Positions 19,300-28,697 of a stretch of DNA of 64,000 bases are shown here, piece after piece. The notes beneath the pieces are model-generated. The model was not told where the DNA came from and ran no database searches. It saw only the letters and a program-made list of their open reading frames with translations. How positions within the stretch are numbered: position 1 is the first letter of the stretch; each line of letters opens with the position of its first letter. A program made the translations under genes and the position numbers. This stretch comes from a virus (taxonomy: Duplodnaviria; Caudoviricetes): the IMG/VR virus record IMGVR_UViG_3300027776_000009; one strand, given 5' to 3'.

Positions 19300-19878
19300 A
19301 TGTCCGGCCAACACAACCGCCGCAAAAAGACACGCGAGACAACTCGCAAAGCCAATGTCCGTAAGCTGCAAACCGCAGCGAGCAAACCCGTAAACGATAC
19401 GGATAAGATGAACTGGAACAGACTCGCCCGTCTGTTTGAAGACTGTCTGAATATGTATCAACCGATCCATCAACTGACCCCGATTCTGACAACCCCGCTT
19501 TTCCGCGAAAAAGCGTCAGAGGAAGACTGCAAGCAGATCATGGACGCCGTGCGTCAATTGACGGGACATGTGCAGGCGACGCTGGGGGAACTGCACGATA
19601 TTCGCAAGAAGCACTTTGGTCGAACCGGGCCGGTCAAGGGTGAGAAACGCACCATGGAGGCCATTGAAATCGGAATGGACTACCAGAACTGGGTCACGAA
19701 GTTCAACGCCACTGTAATCGTCTTGTCCATGGAAATCAGTGGTCAAATTGAACAGATTATAGCTCCTGAAGAATCTGCTGCTGCTGTAAGCAGCGAACCG
19801 CTCTTTAGCGACATCGATGTAACTGCTACTGAAGCTGAATCAACCTCTCAACCGGAAACGACCAATCATGACGAATGA
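19300..19878 (+). CDS. Conserved hypothetical helical protein
   Basis: AGGAG RBS before MSGQHNRRKK; overlaps next gene. Confidence 0.6.
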   Translation: MSGQHNRRKKTRETTRKANVRKLQTAASKPVNDTDKMNWNRLARLFEDCLNMYQPIHQLTPILTTPLFREKASEEDCKQIMDAVRQLTGHVQATLGELHDIRKKHFGRTGPVKGEKRTMEAIEIGMDYQNWVTKFNATVIVLSMEISGQIEQIIAPEESAAAVSSEPLFSDIDVTATEAESTSQPETTNHDE

Positions 19879-21355
19879 ACCTAACACTCAAGTCGAGGTG
19901 GAAACCGTGGCTATGGACATTGGGCCTGACGCTGTTGCTGAAACACCGGCAGAACCCGCTCTCCCGCCGAAGTCTCCGATTGCGCTTAACGTGACACTGG
20001 CACACCCCATCATTGAGGAGCTTAAACGTCGGGACGAGGTTCCGATCTTCATGCTCCGGGTTAACGCGGAAGACCGCGAAGCTTTCGAAAAACGTAATCC
20101 TCGCGATGAGAACGGTTTCATCGTCGAAGGGGGAGACGATGGCCAGTGGGCGGCTACGTATCAGATGGCTGTCGAGATGGAACCCAGTAATGGGTACGGC
20201 GCCAAGGCACTGACCCGCGAAGGGAGCCAATGGGGGCAGGGGATTGAAGTCGACGGGCGCACGACACAGGGCGGTGCTCCAGAACTGGGTGCGCAAGACG
20301 GACCTAAGCTGACAGGTCAGAAAGCCGTGATGTACATGCGGTCCCAGATGGGGCTGGGAAGCTGGATGACTTATCCGATGTATGCGTCAGGTATTTGGCT
20401 GATGCTGAAGCCCCCGATGGATGATGATCTGTTGGACTTCGATGTCGCTAACTCGCTGAAACGCATTCAGTTGGGGCGAAGCACTCACGGGTTGATCTAC
20501 TCCAATCAGGCTGTCATGCAGGACGGGGATCTGTGGGACTTCATCATGCGTCATGTGGTTAACTGCAACGTGGTGGATTGGACACCGGATCTGTTAGCGA
20601 ATCTGATGCTCTCGACAGATTTTCAGGCTCTGGTAACGCACTTTGCCAGCACGATCTACCCCAATGGGTATACCGTAGCCCAACCGTGCAGTACCGATAC
20701 GTCCAAGTGCACCTATGTTGCCAAGGGACAGGTTAACCTGACCAAGATGGTTGTGGTGGATCGCTCCATGTTGACCCTGGAACAGAAGCGTTTTATAGCC
20801 GATCGGTTTACAAAACGCACGGCAGATGAAATCCGCAACTACCAGAAGTCGGGTAAGTGGCAGATGGAAAAGACGCTGGCGCATAACGGACTGACCATCA
20901 CGTTCAAGATTCCCACGATGGGAGAGTACTTGAACAGTGGACGGATGTGGATTGAGGACATCACGACTCGGGTTGAAGAACTGCTCGGCGTGAAGGGTAC
21001 TCAGAAAGAAAAAGACGCCCTGATGACGCGGTACTCACTGGCTTCTCTGCTTCGTTACTACGGACATTTCGTTAAGCAGGTGGAGACGGATCAGGCAGTT
21101 GCTAATGATTCGGAATCGGTCATCGATATGTTGGAAATCTTGTCAGCCGATGTTGAGTTGTGCGAGAAGATTTTCACGGATGCGTCGGAGTATCTGGAAG
21201 AGCGCACTATCTCGATGGCCTGTATTCCAGCATGGCAATGTCCGGAATGTGGAGACACTCACGTGGACGGAGACCGTCGGCATCCGTACCTGATTCCGGT
21301 AAATGCGTCCGTACTTTTTTTCGACCTGAAGGACCGAAGGCTTTCGAGGGTGTAG
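19868..21355 (+). CDS. phiKZ gp77-like protein; candidate tail/baseplate-hub assembly chaperone
   Basis: 495 aa; YPNGY, C-terminal CPECG and FF; synteny. Confidence 0.65.
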   Translation: MTNEPNTQVEVETVAMDIGPDAVAETPAEPALPPKSPIALNVTLAHPIIEELKRRDEVPIFMLRVNAEDREAFEKRNPRDENGFIVEGGDDGQWAATYQMAVEMEPSNGYGAKALTREGSQWGQGIEVDGRTTQGGAPELGAQDGPKLTGQKAVMYMRSQMGLGSWMTYPMYASGIWLMLKPPMDDDLLDFDVANSLKRIQLGRSTHGLIYSNQAVMQDGDLWDFIMRHVVNCNVVDWTPDLLANLMLSTDFQALVTHFASTIYPNGYTVAQPCSTDTSKCTYVAKGQVNLTKMVVVDRSMLTLEQKRFIADRFTKRTADEIRNYQKSGKWQMEKTLAHNGLTITFKIPTMGEYLNSGRMWIEDITTRVEELLGVKGTQKEKDALMTRYSLASLLRYYGHFVKQVETDQAVANDSESVIDMLEILSADVELCEKIFTDASEYLEERTISMACIPAWQCPECGDTHVDGDRRHPYLIPVNASVLFFDLKDRRLSRV

Positions 21356-21795
21356 ACTCGCTGAATAAGCTGGTCAGCACGAACGAAGATTGGGGACACG
21401 TGCTGTATCCCCTTTTTGGGCTGAAGGTTCAAAGTCACGAATGGTTATCTCACATTGCAACGAAGTACCAAGGACTCAAGGGGGTAGCAGCTCAGTTAGT
21501 ACTGCAAGAGGAATACGAAGAGAGTTACGGGATTGTTACCACTGCTGAGTTGGATAACCCGCTTCGTCCTTTGGCTAAGATTGAGATGCAGCCTAAAGAG
21601 GGGCTTCTCTGGCTGTACCCTAAAGCCAATCGAATCCGGCAGTACAAGCTGTACAAAGTCAAGGATAATTTTGGGTTGAGCTTGAAAGAGTTCTTGAGTT
21701 GCACCCGAGATGAAGTCTTGATGATGTTGGATGATTTGGAGCGAGATATTGCGCGTAAAGCGGCTAATCTTCCACCTCCTCCGCCAGAGACATAA
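21316..21795 (+). CDS. gp78-like ORF in -1 frame; possible frameshift extension of gp77-like
   Basis: Open through T TTT TTC at 21316..21322; C-terminal FGLSLKEFLSCTRDEV; alternative own start GTG ~21400. Confidence 0.6.
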   Translation, partial: FFRPEGPKAFEGVDSLNKLVSTNEDWGHVLYPLFGLKVQSHEWLSHIATKYQGLKGVAAQLVLQEEYEESYGIVTTAELDNPLRPLAKIEMQPKEGLLWLYPKANRIRQYKLYKVKDNFGLSLKEFLSCTRDEVLMMLDDLERDIARKAANLPPPPPET

Positions 21796-21836
21796 ACGCC
21801 TCCCTCACTACCAAGGTAGTGAGGGAGGTTATGCCG
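21790..21836. terminator. CATA/TATG-flanked hairpin
   Basis: CCTCCCTCACTACC-aa-GGTAGTGAGGGAGG. Confidence 0.75.
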
Positions 21837-21842
21837 TATGCC

Positions 21843-21872
21843 AAAAAAAAAGAAGTGGGTCCCGAAGGACCC
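21843..21872 (-). terminator. Intrinsic terminator (UUCG loop, U tract)
   Basis: minus strand GGGTCC-TTCG-GGACCC then T run. Confidence 0.75.
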
Positions 21873-21877
21873 GTTTG

Positions 21878-22081
21878 CTACCCAAAGAACTCTTCGAGAA
21901 AGAGCTTGATGTCCTTCTCGCTGAGATTTGTCAACACGATGGGTTCACCACCCATCACGTGGATACGCGCGGCGCTGCCGGACACACTGTATCCGGCGAC
22001 GTGCTCCGTGAAAACCCCCACTACATCGGTGGGGGTTTTCAACTTGATGAAGTATTTGTTGCTGCTGTCGATGGTCAGCAT
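21878..22081 (-). CDS. Small early hypothetical protein
   Basis: 67 aa, AGGAGG RBS, own promoter and terminator. Confidence 0.7.
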   Translation of the reverse strand: MLTIDSSNKYFIKLKTPTDVVGVFTEHVAGYSVSGSAARIHVMGGEPIVLTNLSEKDIKLFLEEFFG

Positions 22082-22115
22082 GGTGGCCTCCTACGGCTTT
22101 GGTTTGGTCAATCAG

Positions 22116-22128
22116 GTAGTATATATCT
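22116..22128 (-). promoter_or_regulatory. Putative early promoter
   Basis: TTTTTTTGAGATATATACTAC. Confidence 0.65.
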
Positions 22129-22147
22129 CAAAAAAAGTGGGTTGGGG

Positions 22148-22175
22148 AAAAAATAAAGGGACCCCGAAGGGTCCC
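22148..22175 (-). terminator. Intrinsic terminator (UUCG loop, U tract)
   Basis: GGGACCC-TTCG-GGGTCCC TTTATTTTTT. Confidence 0.75.
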
Positions 22176-22182
22176 ACTTGGA

Positions 22183-22428
22183 TCAGTCGCCGAAAACCAG
22201 ATCGACAACCTTGATCGTGAGGTACGTCGTACCCAGGATCACCGCGGTATTTGCCACCAAGAAGGCGGCGGCGCGAGCGCCCTTCTCGACGACCCCGGCG
22301 TCAGCCGGAGCAGCGTCAATGGTCGCGGCGTACAGCCGCGGTGTAACATGCGTACCGATAACAACTCCGGAAACGAAGTTGATCGGGGTACGAACAGCGG
22401 CCTTGACCAGAGATTTGATGATGGACAT
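22183..22428 (-). CDS. Small early hydrophobic (membrane?) protein
   Basis: 81 aa, AAGGAG RBS, two hydrophobic stretches. Confidence 0.65.
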   Translation of the reverse strand: MSIIKSLVKAAVRTPINFVSGVVIGTHVTPRLYAATIDAAPADAGVVEKGARAAAFLVANTAVILGTTYLTIKVVDLVFGD

Positions 22429-22485
22429 GATGGCTCTCCTTCGAGCTTGGGTGAAGTCAGAGGAAATCTCCGACTCTCTACCTCA

Positions 22486-22499
22486 GTGATATGTATCTG
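22486..22499 (-). promoter_or_regulatory. Putative early promoter
   Basis: TTTTTCAGATACATATCAC. Confidence 0.65.
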
Positions 22500-22531
22500 A
22501 AAAATTTTGGGATAGAGAAAAAAGATGACGG

Positions 22532-22564
22532 CATACAGGAGAGAGCAGTGCTCTCTCCTGTATG
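22532..22564 (-). terminator. CATA/TATG-closed hairpin
   Basis: CATACAGGAGAGAGC-agt-GCTCTCTCCTGTATG. Confidence 0.75.
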
Positions 22565-22566
22565 GG

Positions 22567-22866
22567 TTATATCCTATCGACGTCTTCATCATCGTCAGGG
22601 AAATCATCCCCTTCGTCCAGAGGTTCTGGCATGGCCAACATCTCGGCGATTTCAGCTTCCAGAATGGTGGGTACGGGCTCGGGTTTCTCGACAATCAGTC
22701 TGTAGCCGTAATTGTCGATACGTCCAGTTTGTTGAATAGTCTTCATGAAGTCCCGTGCTGCAACACGCGCACGATCTTCATCCCCGTCCTCCAAAGCATC
22801 CAGAAACTCTTCGGCTTCTTCGGAGTCGTGACGGGCCGCGAGGGCTTTCACCGCTGCGATGTCCAT
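22567..22866 (-). CDS. Small very acidic hypothetical protein
   Basis: 99 aa, AGGAGG RBS, D/E-rich. Confidence 0.7.
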   Translation of the reverse strand: MDIAAVKALAARHDSEEAEEFLDALEDGDEDRARVAARDFMKTIQQTGRIDNYGYRLIVEKPEPVPTILEAEIAEMLAMPEPLDEGDDFPDDDEDVDRI

Positions 22867-22968
22867 AGTGTCCTCCTACATTTAGCCTGTGGTACCTCAA
22901 GAAGTAACCACTGCCAACTCAGTGAATGAAAGGGAGTTCCGAACTGGGTTCTCCCATATGTAATCTCA

Positions 22969-24507
22969 TCAGACATTGTGCTCCAAAACCAGCACTTGAT
23001 GAGTTTTGACACGACTGCGTAACTTAGCCGTTTTGTTCTCATGATACTTGACCTGTTGCGGAATATCCGTGCAGACCAAATACAAGAAGACGGCTTCTAC
23101 ACCAGGAAACCCTCGTAACGCACGCAGGCGTCCTAGCGCTTGAACGTTTGCCTGTATACTATCTACCGATGTAGTAGAAAACGCGACCGCTAACCCAGGA
23201 ATGTCGACCGCAGTTCCGGCGGACCCTAGCGTAGAGACTGCGATGTCGGCAGCGAGAAGCGACTCCGTATAGCTGTCCCCGCTGGTGTATTTGCGCACCT
23301 TAAGCTCTGGCCAGCGATTTTGGAGGTGATCTCTGATGATCTTGCACATATCTACCCTTGCTGCAAAGATGAGCATTTTGGTGCCTTCTACGCGGTTCTT
23401 GACGTAGTACTCTTGAGCAACGGTTTCAATGATCTTCAGGTAGTTCTTGAGGAGTTTGGGCTTACGCATCACGGACTCTTCAAAGGTGGTTTGAGAGTAC
23501 ATTCGGCGTTGGAGATACCGCACTGAGTTTGGATCGTTTAGCCCGTAAAAAAGTGCCTTGAGAGTGACATGGCGACTGACTTGACCGGGATTGGTTCGTG
23601 CAGAGGGTGGGTACTTGACCTTATACATCCGGGTCACGACCTTGTTATCCGACACCAGGGTTCCGGTCATTTCAATGATTTTCGGAACATGGAAATACAG
23701 ATCCATTTTGAAGTTCAAATGAAAATCCAAATGGACTTCATCCACCATGCGAACCCCGATCCCTAAAAGCTCACAGAACGTCTGAGGAGTGCAGCCGTAA
23801 GTGTGTATACAGCCTTCCTCACCAAACTCGTCATAATGACGTAGAAACATCTGAATGGTTCGGTTAGAGGCAACAATGAACTTGTACTCCAGATCCCCCT
23901 CTAAGGCGTATTGGATGACCTTCTTCAAAGAAGCCGAGCCCTGGATAACGATGACGTCTTCCGGAACCATATCGAGGATACGGTCTTCACCATAAAGCTC
24001 TGGCAGCCATCGTTTGATATACATGGGTCTCAAGCAGAGAAAAGCGCGTTTGTTTAACCGCTGGACAGCCATGAGCCCACAGAGGGTTTTACCGCCACCA
24101 GGAGGAAGCTCAATGAGTTTAGTAGATCCTGGTCCTACGAGGTGATCGATCTGTTCGATCTGATTCGGGAAAGGGGTTTTGGTTCCTGAAGTCCGGATGT
24201 CGGCATCAGGAGGGTCGTACATGGGAATAATGTGTTTGGTGAAACGATCGGGATCAAATCCTGCATTACGAACCGCGGTTAAGAAGGCGTCGTAGGTGTT
24301 GATGTGAAAGCGGAACTCGGTACGGTCACGCGTGTAAGCTGCGTAGACCGCCCTGAGTTCCGTATGCACAGATCCATCCCAAGCCCTAATCGTCTCGTAT
24401 TCCGCATACCCTTTTGCAAAGTTAACCAAGACGTGTTTCATGTCTCGGTTAAACTGCTTGACTGCAAAGTGATGTGAGTATATCTCAATGACCGGGTTGG
24501 TTAGCAT
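22969..24507 (-). CDS. SF2 DNA helicase (phiKZ gp75-like)
   Basis: LPPGGGKT Walker A, DEVH, MTGT, QALGRLR. Confidence 0.9.
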   Translation of the reverse strand: MLTNPVIEIYSHHFAVKQFNRDMKHVLVNFAKGYAEYETIRAWDGSVHTELRAVYAAYTRDRTEFRFHINTYDAFLTAVRNAGFDPDRFTKHIIPMYDPPDADIRTSGTKTPFPNQIEQIDHLVGPGSTKLIELPPGGGKTLCGLMAVQRLNKRAFLCLRPMYIKRWLPELYGEDRILDMVPEDVIVIQGSASLKKVIQYALEGDLEYKFIVASNRTIQMFLRHYDEFGEEGCIHTYGCTPQTFCELLGIGVRMVDEVHLDFHLNFKMDLYFHVPKIIEMTGTLVSDNKVVTRMYKVKYPPSARTNPGQVSRHVTLKALFYGLNDPNSVRYLQRRMYSQTTFEESVMRKPKLLKNYLKIIETVAQEYYVKNRVEGTKMLIFAARVDMCKIIRDHLQNRWPELKVRKYTSGDSYTESLLAADIAVSTLGSAGTAVDIPGLAVAFSTTSVDSIQANVQALGRLRALRGFPGVEAVFLYLVCTDIPQQVKYHENKTAKLRSRVKTHQVLVLEHNV

Positions 24508-24509
24508 GG

Positions 24510-26474
24510 TTAGCCCAACAACATGGCATCGAGGGGGTGACGGGGACGTTTCTTGATGAGGAAGCTCTCCAGTGCCAGAATGATGCCCTCCTGCCCTTGA
24601 TACGCCATGGCAGCGCCCAAGGACCGCAGCTTCATGATCTGCCGATAGGTGGCCGGCTGACCTGTGATTCGTTCAAGCGGGAGATGGAAGTCCCGATTTT
24701 CACGGTCAGCTACCAAGTTACCCAGAATGATCACCTGTAAGTGGGAAAGATGGCAGGAGAGTTTCTGCGAAACTAACTCGTGCAGTGTGGTAAGCGCTGC
24801 GACAGGGTTATTGAAACTCATCAAGCTAGTGCGTCCCTTGGTTTTCCCTCCCTTGATGAAACGCTCAATGGACTGCATGTAGGCCAACGTGGAGAAGTGT
24901 TTCGGGGGAAGCTCGATAAATGCGCGTGCGTAGTCCCAGTGTGACATGTCCACTAAGTAATTACCGCGGTTATCCATCGTGCACCCATGATTACAGATGT
25001 AGAGCAGCATGTCACGGGTTAGCACTCCCTTGGTTGCGCCGGTTTCCACACGGATGGTGTTGCGGACTTCCATGTTATCATCCGCCACAATAAACGTCAT
25101 GTAGCTAATGCCTGACAAGGCTTGTGGATTCAGTGCGTCCAAGTCCGGCGCAGAGCGTACGTCCAGAATGTTCTTGGCTTCTTTCGCGGGGAATTGCAGC
25201 GTCAGTTTCTTACGAGCCAAGTTTTCATTCAAGCACAATGTGTTCTCTTCCGATCCGTAACTGATGTAGGGTTCATCAATGTCAGAGATGAAGAAGTCGT
25301 CCACATGTGCCGAAGCATCGAGATGCTTATTGGACAACAGCAGTTGGGTAACCGTAGAGAGTAGATCAAATGAACACACGAAACCGATGGAGGTCTTAGC
25401 CGGCACCGAGTACCCCAACTCCCCAAAGCAGGTAGTACAGATACCGTAACGATCCGGATGTTTGCAAGTGAAGGCTGACCGGATGTTGACAACAGTTCCC
25501 ACGAGATGTGAATCCGATTGCTTAATCACTCGGAGCTTCTGGGAATCACCATCAAAGTATCGGATACCCACCATATCCTTCAAGAGGTTTTGGGTATTGA
25601 TGGCAATGGGGAGATACTCCCGTGATCCGCAATCCCCTTCGTGTAACTTACAGACGGTTTCCGTAGACAGTTGAGCTGTACGGTTAAAGTACTCGGACTT
25701 CCGCATGGGGTCATCGCTGAAGTAGAGCGACTTCGCTGCCGTCCGCGATTCCATCAGCGTATCTGAAAGACGCCGCATGCCGTGAGCAAACCCACGGCGA
25801 ATGGTTTCTGGGAAGACTTCTGACCCGATATCCGTCACCTTACCGCGAGCTGAAACGCACTGGATGGTTTGCCGGATATCCACCATTCCAGCCCTGACCG
25901 CTTTAGCTACCCCGTTGGTGGGGAGTTCGAGGGGGTCCATCAGCACTTTACGCACCGTTGCGTGTGTGTTCACGATATCGCTTTCTTTCACCCGCGGCAT
26001 CGTTTGGAGCCGATGATTGACTTCGTAGATCTTGGGGTGATGGAGCACCTCTACGAAGTCTAAGGCACTGATGGTCCCCACGTACCGATCAAGTTTTTCC
26101 TTGGAGGCAGTGAAGAGGGCGTCGAATGCTTCATATACCCAACGGCTCCATTCCTCCATCTCGATAGGAATCCCTCGGTCCTCGCACAGATCGCGTAGGT
26201 CAAACATGGCTCGTTCCTTGAGCTCCAAATGAGACCGCTTATTAACCTGTCCCTTCAGCAAGTAACGCGAAGTCAGGGGAAGCTCGGGGTATTTAACATG
26301 GAAGATCCAGCAGTACCACGAGAAGATTAAGTAGCGTCCATTGGTTTCTACTTCTTCCCCATCGTCAAAGATGACTGTGACGTGCCCCAGGTTTTCGATC
26401 TCCCAGATCTCGGTCTCACTGTAGGTGAGCAGATCTCTGGCGTTAATCTTACGCATCTTCTCTCTCCTCGTCAT
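24510..26474 (-). CDS. Non-virion RNA polymerase beta' C-terminal subunit (phiKZ gp74-like)
   Basis: ESRTAAKSL..SEYFNR, DCGS, RSAFTC..ICTTCFG, LLSNKH. Confidence 0.9.
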   Translation of the reverse strand: MTRREKMRKINARDLLTYSETEIWEIENLGHVTVIFDDGEEVETNGRYLIFSWYCWIFHVKYPELPLTSRYLLKGQVNKRSHLELKERAMFDLRDLCEDRGIPIEMEEWSRWVYEAFDALFTASKEKLDRYVGTISALDFVEVLHHPKIYEVNHRLQTMPRVKESDIVNTHATVRKVLMDPLELPTNGVAKAVRAGMVDIRQTIQCVSARGKVTDIGSEVFPETIRRGFAHGMRRLSDTLMESRTAAKSLYFSDDPMRKSEYFNRTAQLSTETVCKLHEGDCGSREYLPIAINTQNLLKDMVGIRYFDGDSQKLRVIKQSDSHLVGTVVNIRSAFTCKHPDRYGICTTCFGELGYSVPAKTSIGFVCSFDLLSTVTQLLLSNKHLDASAHVDDFFISDIDEPYISYGSEENTLCLNENLARKKLTLQFPAKEAKNILDVRSAPDLDALNPQALSGISYMTFIVADDNMEVRNTIRVETGATKGVLTRDMLLYICNHGCTMDNRGNYLVDMSHWDYARAFIELPPKHFSTLAYMQSIERFIKGGKTKGRTSLMSFNNPVAALTTLHELVSQKLSCHLSHLQVIILGNLVADRENRDFHLPLERITGQPATYRQIMKLRSLGAAMAYQGQEGIILALESFLIKKRPRHPLDAMLLG

Positions 26475-28485
26475 TCACCACAAAACGCAGACCTGCACAC
26501 GCCATGTAGTGTCTTACCATAGTAACCACCCGCCCGTTCCCACGCGGAACCTTTCGACGATCAACGGCTTGGTCAATATCCGTTGGGTTATCTGCCCGCA
26601 GGATAGATTCAACAACTTCTCGATGGACCCGAGGGTTGTTGGACTGGTCCAGAATCTCAGCCGTTGTATCCCCACCGCAAACCGCTGCAATCATACGGCA
26701 CTCGGATTCCCCCATGATCCGCACTGCTTGTTCCCGTCCGGGATTGCTATACTTCTCAGCACCACTGATCTTGACCGGCGTGCCGAAGTTTTGGATCTTG
26801 GCTGAAGAAACCGCTGATCCGGTATTAGCGATCTTTTCCAGCAGCAGGATGTAAAGCCCGCCAATGATAATGGGGTCGTAGGTTGTGACCATGTTACCCG
26901 AGGCCCCGCGATAAGTCACGGGTGCATTACAGGCCGGGAACTCGTCCCGGAGGCCCGCAATGATGTTGTGAAACTCGATCGGGTGATTGGTGGGGAAGTG
27001 GGTATAGAATCCGTCACGCAATACATCGTCCAGCAAATCGTTGAGCGATACTCCCGATTTACTGATGTATTCCACCATCGGCGGCGACACTATCTCAAAC
27101 CACCGCATCATGCACTGCACGGCAACTTCGCGCTCCTGACGGCGCACCATATCCCTCAGTCTGAGGTGTGTTGCGTACCCACTGGCGTTGATGTACTGCT
27201 CATACAAGCGACCAATGTTCATCCGCTTGATGGTAGAGTCCCCGTCCACAATCAGGTCGGCCACATTACCGAGTTCATCACGAGGCATGTCCGCCCGGGG
27301 CTTCTTACTGACAATAATCCCCTTACCCCCATGAAGGTCTGTCAGCTTGAACCCAATGGTTGGAATGATGTCGTAGGAGAACACCACGGTGATTTGCCAT
27401 TCATCAATCGGGCTATAGGCGTAGGTAGGCGTTACCGCGCTCCCTTTACTGATATCCGTAACTGCCATGGCTTCCACCACCAAGCTCTCAAACTCTGGTG
27501 ATACCACACCGTTGCCCTCCCGTGAGATCCGCTGATATTCCTTAAGGATACCTTGGTAGTAGGCACACGAACTGCGATAGTATTCTTCGCATTGTGCGGC
27601 GACACCGACTGGAAGCACACTGCGCCCACGCCCCCCTCGGCGAACAATAATATCAACCACTCGCGCGTTCGGGACGGCGTACGTTTTACGATCAAACAAA
27701 TCCGTGGTCATCAGGGCGCGAGCCGACATTCCCGTGATGTAATTATTCGGATCCACCTTGCGGACAGCAAACAACAGACCATCGGGGCGAATGCGTTCAC
27801 CGATATCCGGCATGATCTTGTACTTGTTGATATCTCCCATGAGATTGATGGGTACGCCGTTGGCGCCAATGCTGAATGTCCGACTACCGTATCCACGAGA
27901 CGCAAGTTTCTGCAAGAATTCCTCTTGTGCCACAATGCCATCTTCAATGATATCGGGGTGCGACATCATGGCGACCTGCGCCTCAATCCCAAACCGGTAA
28001 TCCCCGTCGGGAGTTAAAGAGGGCGAGTGCGCCAGAATCGTGTCTTTGGGAATACAGGCACCGGGCTCCAACATGGTGGCGGCGGCTTCTGTATAGACGT
28101 AATCAAAACCGAAGTACTGATGATTGGAGTGAAACCCTGTTAGGTTAAGTACACCAACCTCCCGAGTGTGCACATTTTCGTAGATAACTGAGGTAACGGG
28201 GGATGGCATGTCGGGACGGTCCATCTGCAAGGTTTGGTACTTCCGCACCAACCGCAAGACGATGGCGTCACACGGCATTCGAATGCAGTGAGTCTGTTCA
28301 CCGTAGCGTCGCTCAACCCCCGTAAGCTGGCGTTTGATGGATGGTTGGCTGATCACTGGGGTCTGACCAATATGGTTTCCATACATCGCGGTGCGGGCAG
28401 AACTGTTGGCCGATACGAAGGCGTTCAGACCGAGGAGTCCCTGAACTTCAGGGCGGAGTTCACTGGGTTCGTTCATCATGTTCAC
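26449..28485 (-). CDS. Non-virion RNA polymerase beta C-terminal subunit (phiKZ gp71/73-like), uninterrupted
   Basis: SSARTAM, IEDG, GFKLTDLHGGKG, RMNIG, RIMGESE. Confidence 0.92.
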   Translation of the reverse strand: MNMMNEPSELRPEVQGLLGLNAFVSANSSARTAMYGNHIGQTPVISQPSIKRQLTGVERRYGEQTHCIRMPCDAIVLRLVRKYQTLQMDRPDMPSPVTSVIYENVHTREVGVLNLTGFHSNHQYFGFDYVYTEAAATMLEPGACIPKDTILAHSPSLTPDGDYRFGIEAQVAMMSHPDIIEDGIVAQEEFLQKLASRGYGSRTFSIGANGVPINLMGDINKYKIMPDIGERIRPDGLLFAVRKVDPNNYITGMSARALMTTDLFDRKTYAVPNARVVDIIVRRGGRGRSVLPVGVAAQCEEYYRSSCAYYQGILKEYQRISREGNGVVSPEFESLVVEAMAVTDISKGSAVTPTYAYSPIDEWQITVVFSYDIIPTIGFKLTDLHGGKGIIVSKKPRADMPRDELGNVADLIVDGDSTIKRMNIGRLYEQYINASGYATHLRLRDMVRRQEREVAVQCMMRWFEIVSPPMVEYISKSGVSLNDLLDDVLRDGFYTHFPTNHPIEFHNIIAGLRDEFPACNAPVTYRGASGNMVTTYDPIIIGGLYILLLEKIANTGSAVSSAKIQNFGTPVKISGAEKYSNPGREQAVRIMGESECRMIAAVCGGDTTAEILDQSNNPRVHREVVESILRADNPTDIDQAVDRRKVPRGNGRVVTMVRHYMACAGLRFVVNDEEREDA

Positions 28486-28631
28486 ACCTTTTTACTTATT
28501 GGATGAGGGTTTCGCCGAGGACGGCTGTTCACCATTCCGTCTGACATCATTGCTGAGCGAGACGGATCTCTCACAATGGTCCAGGGGTTTAATCCCGGGA
28601 TAGTATTCAGGACACTAGGTTTGCTAGACAT
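28482..28631 (-). CDS. 49-aa peptide upstream of nvRNAP beta (below ORF-track cutoff)
   Basis: Hand translation MSSKPSVLNTIPGLNPWTIVRDPSRSAMMSDGMVNSRPRRNPHPISKKV; GGAGAG RBS; stop overlaps beta start region. Confidence 0.6.
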   Translation of the reverse strand: MSSKPSVLNTIPGLNPWTIVRDPSRSAMMSDGMVNSRPRRNPHPISKKV

Positions 28632-28661
28632 GTTTCTCTCCAGAGTTGTTGCTTCAAGGGG

Positions 28662-28674
28662 ATAGTATGTGTCT
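28662..28674 (-). promoter_or_regulatory. Putative early promoter for nvRNAP operon
   Basis: TTTTTTAGACACATACTAT. Confidence 0.55.
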
Positions 28675-28697
28675 AAAAAAGAATGTGGAGTATCATC

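Noticed and set aside
24510-28485. Inteins or introns in nvRNAP subunits
   Set aside because: Lengths are typical, motifs contiguous, no intein ends or intron core seen
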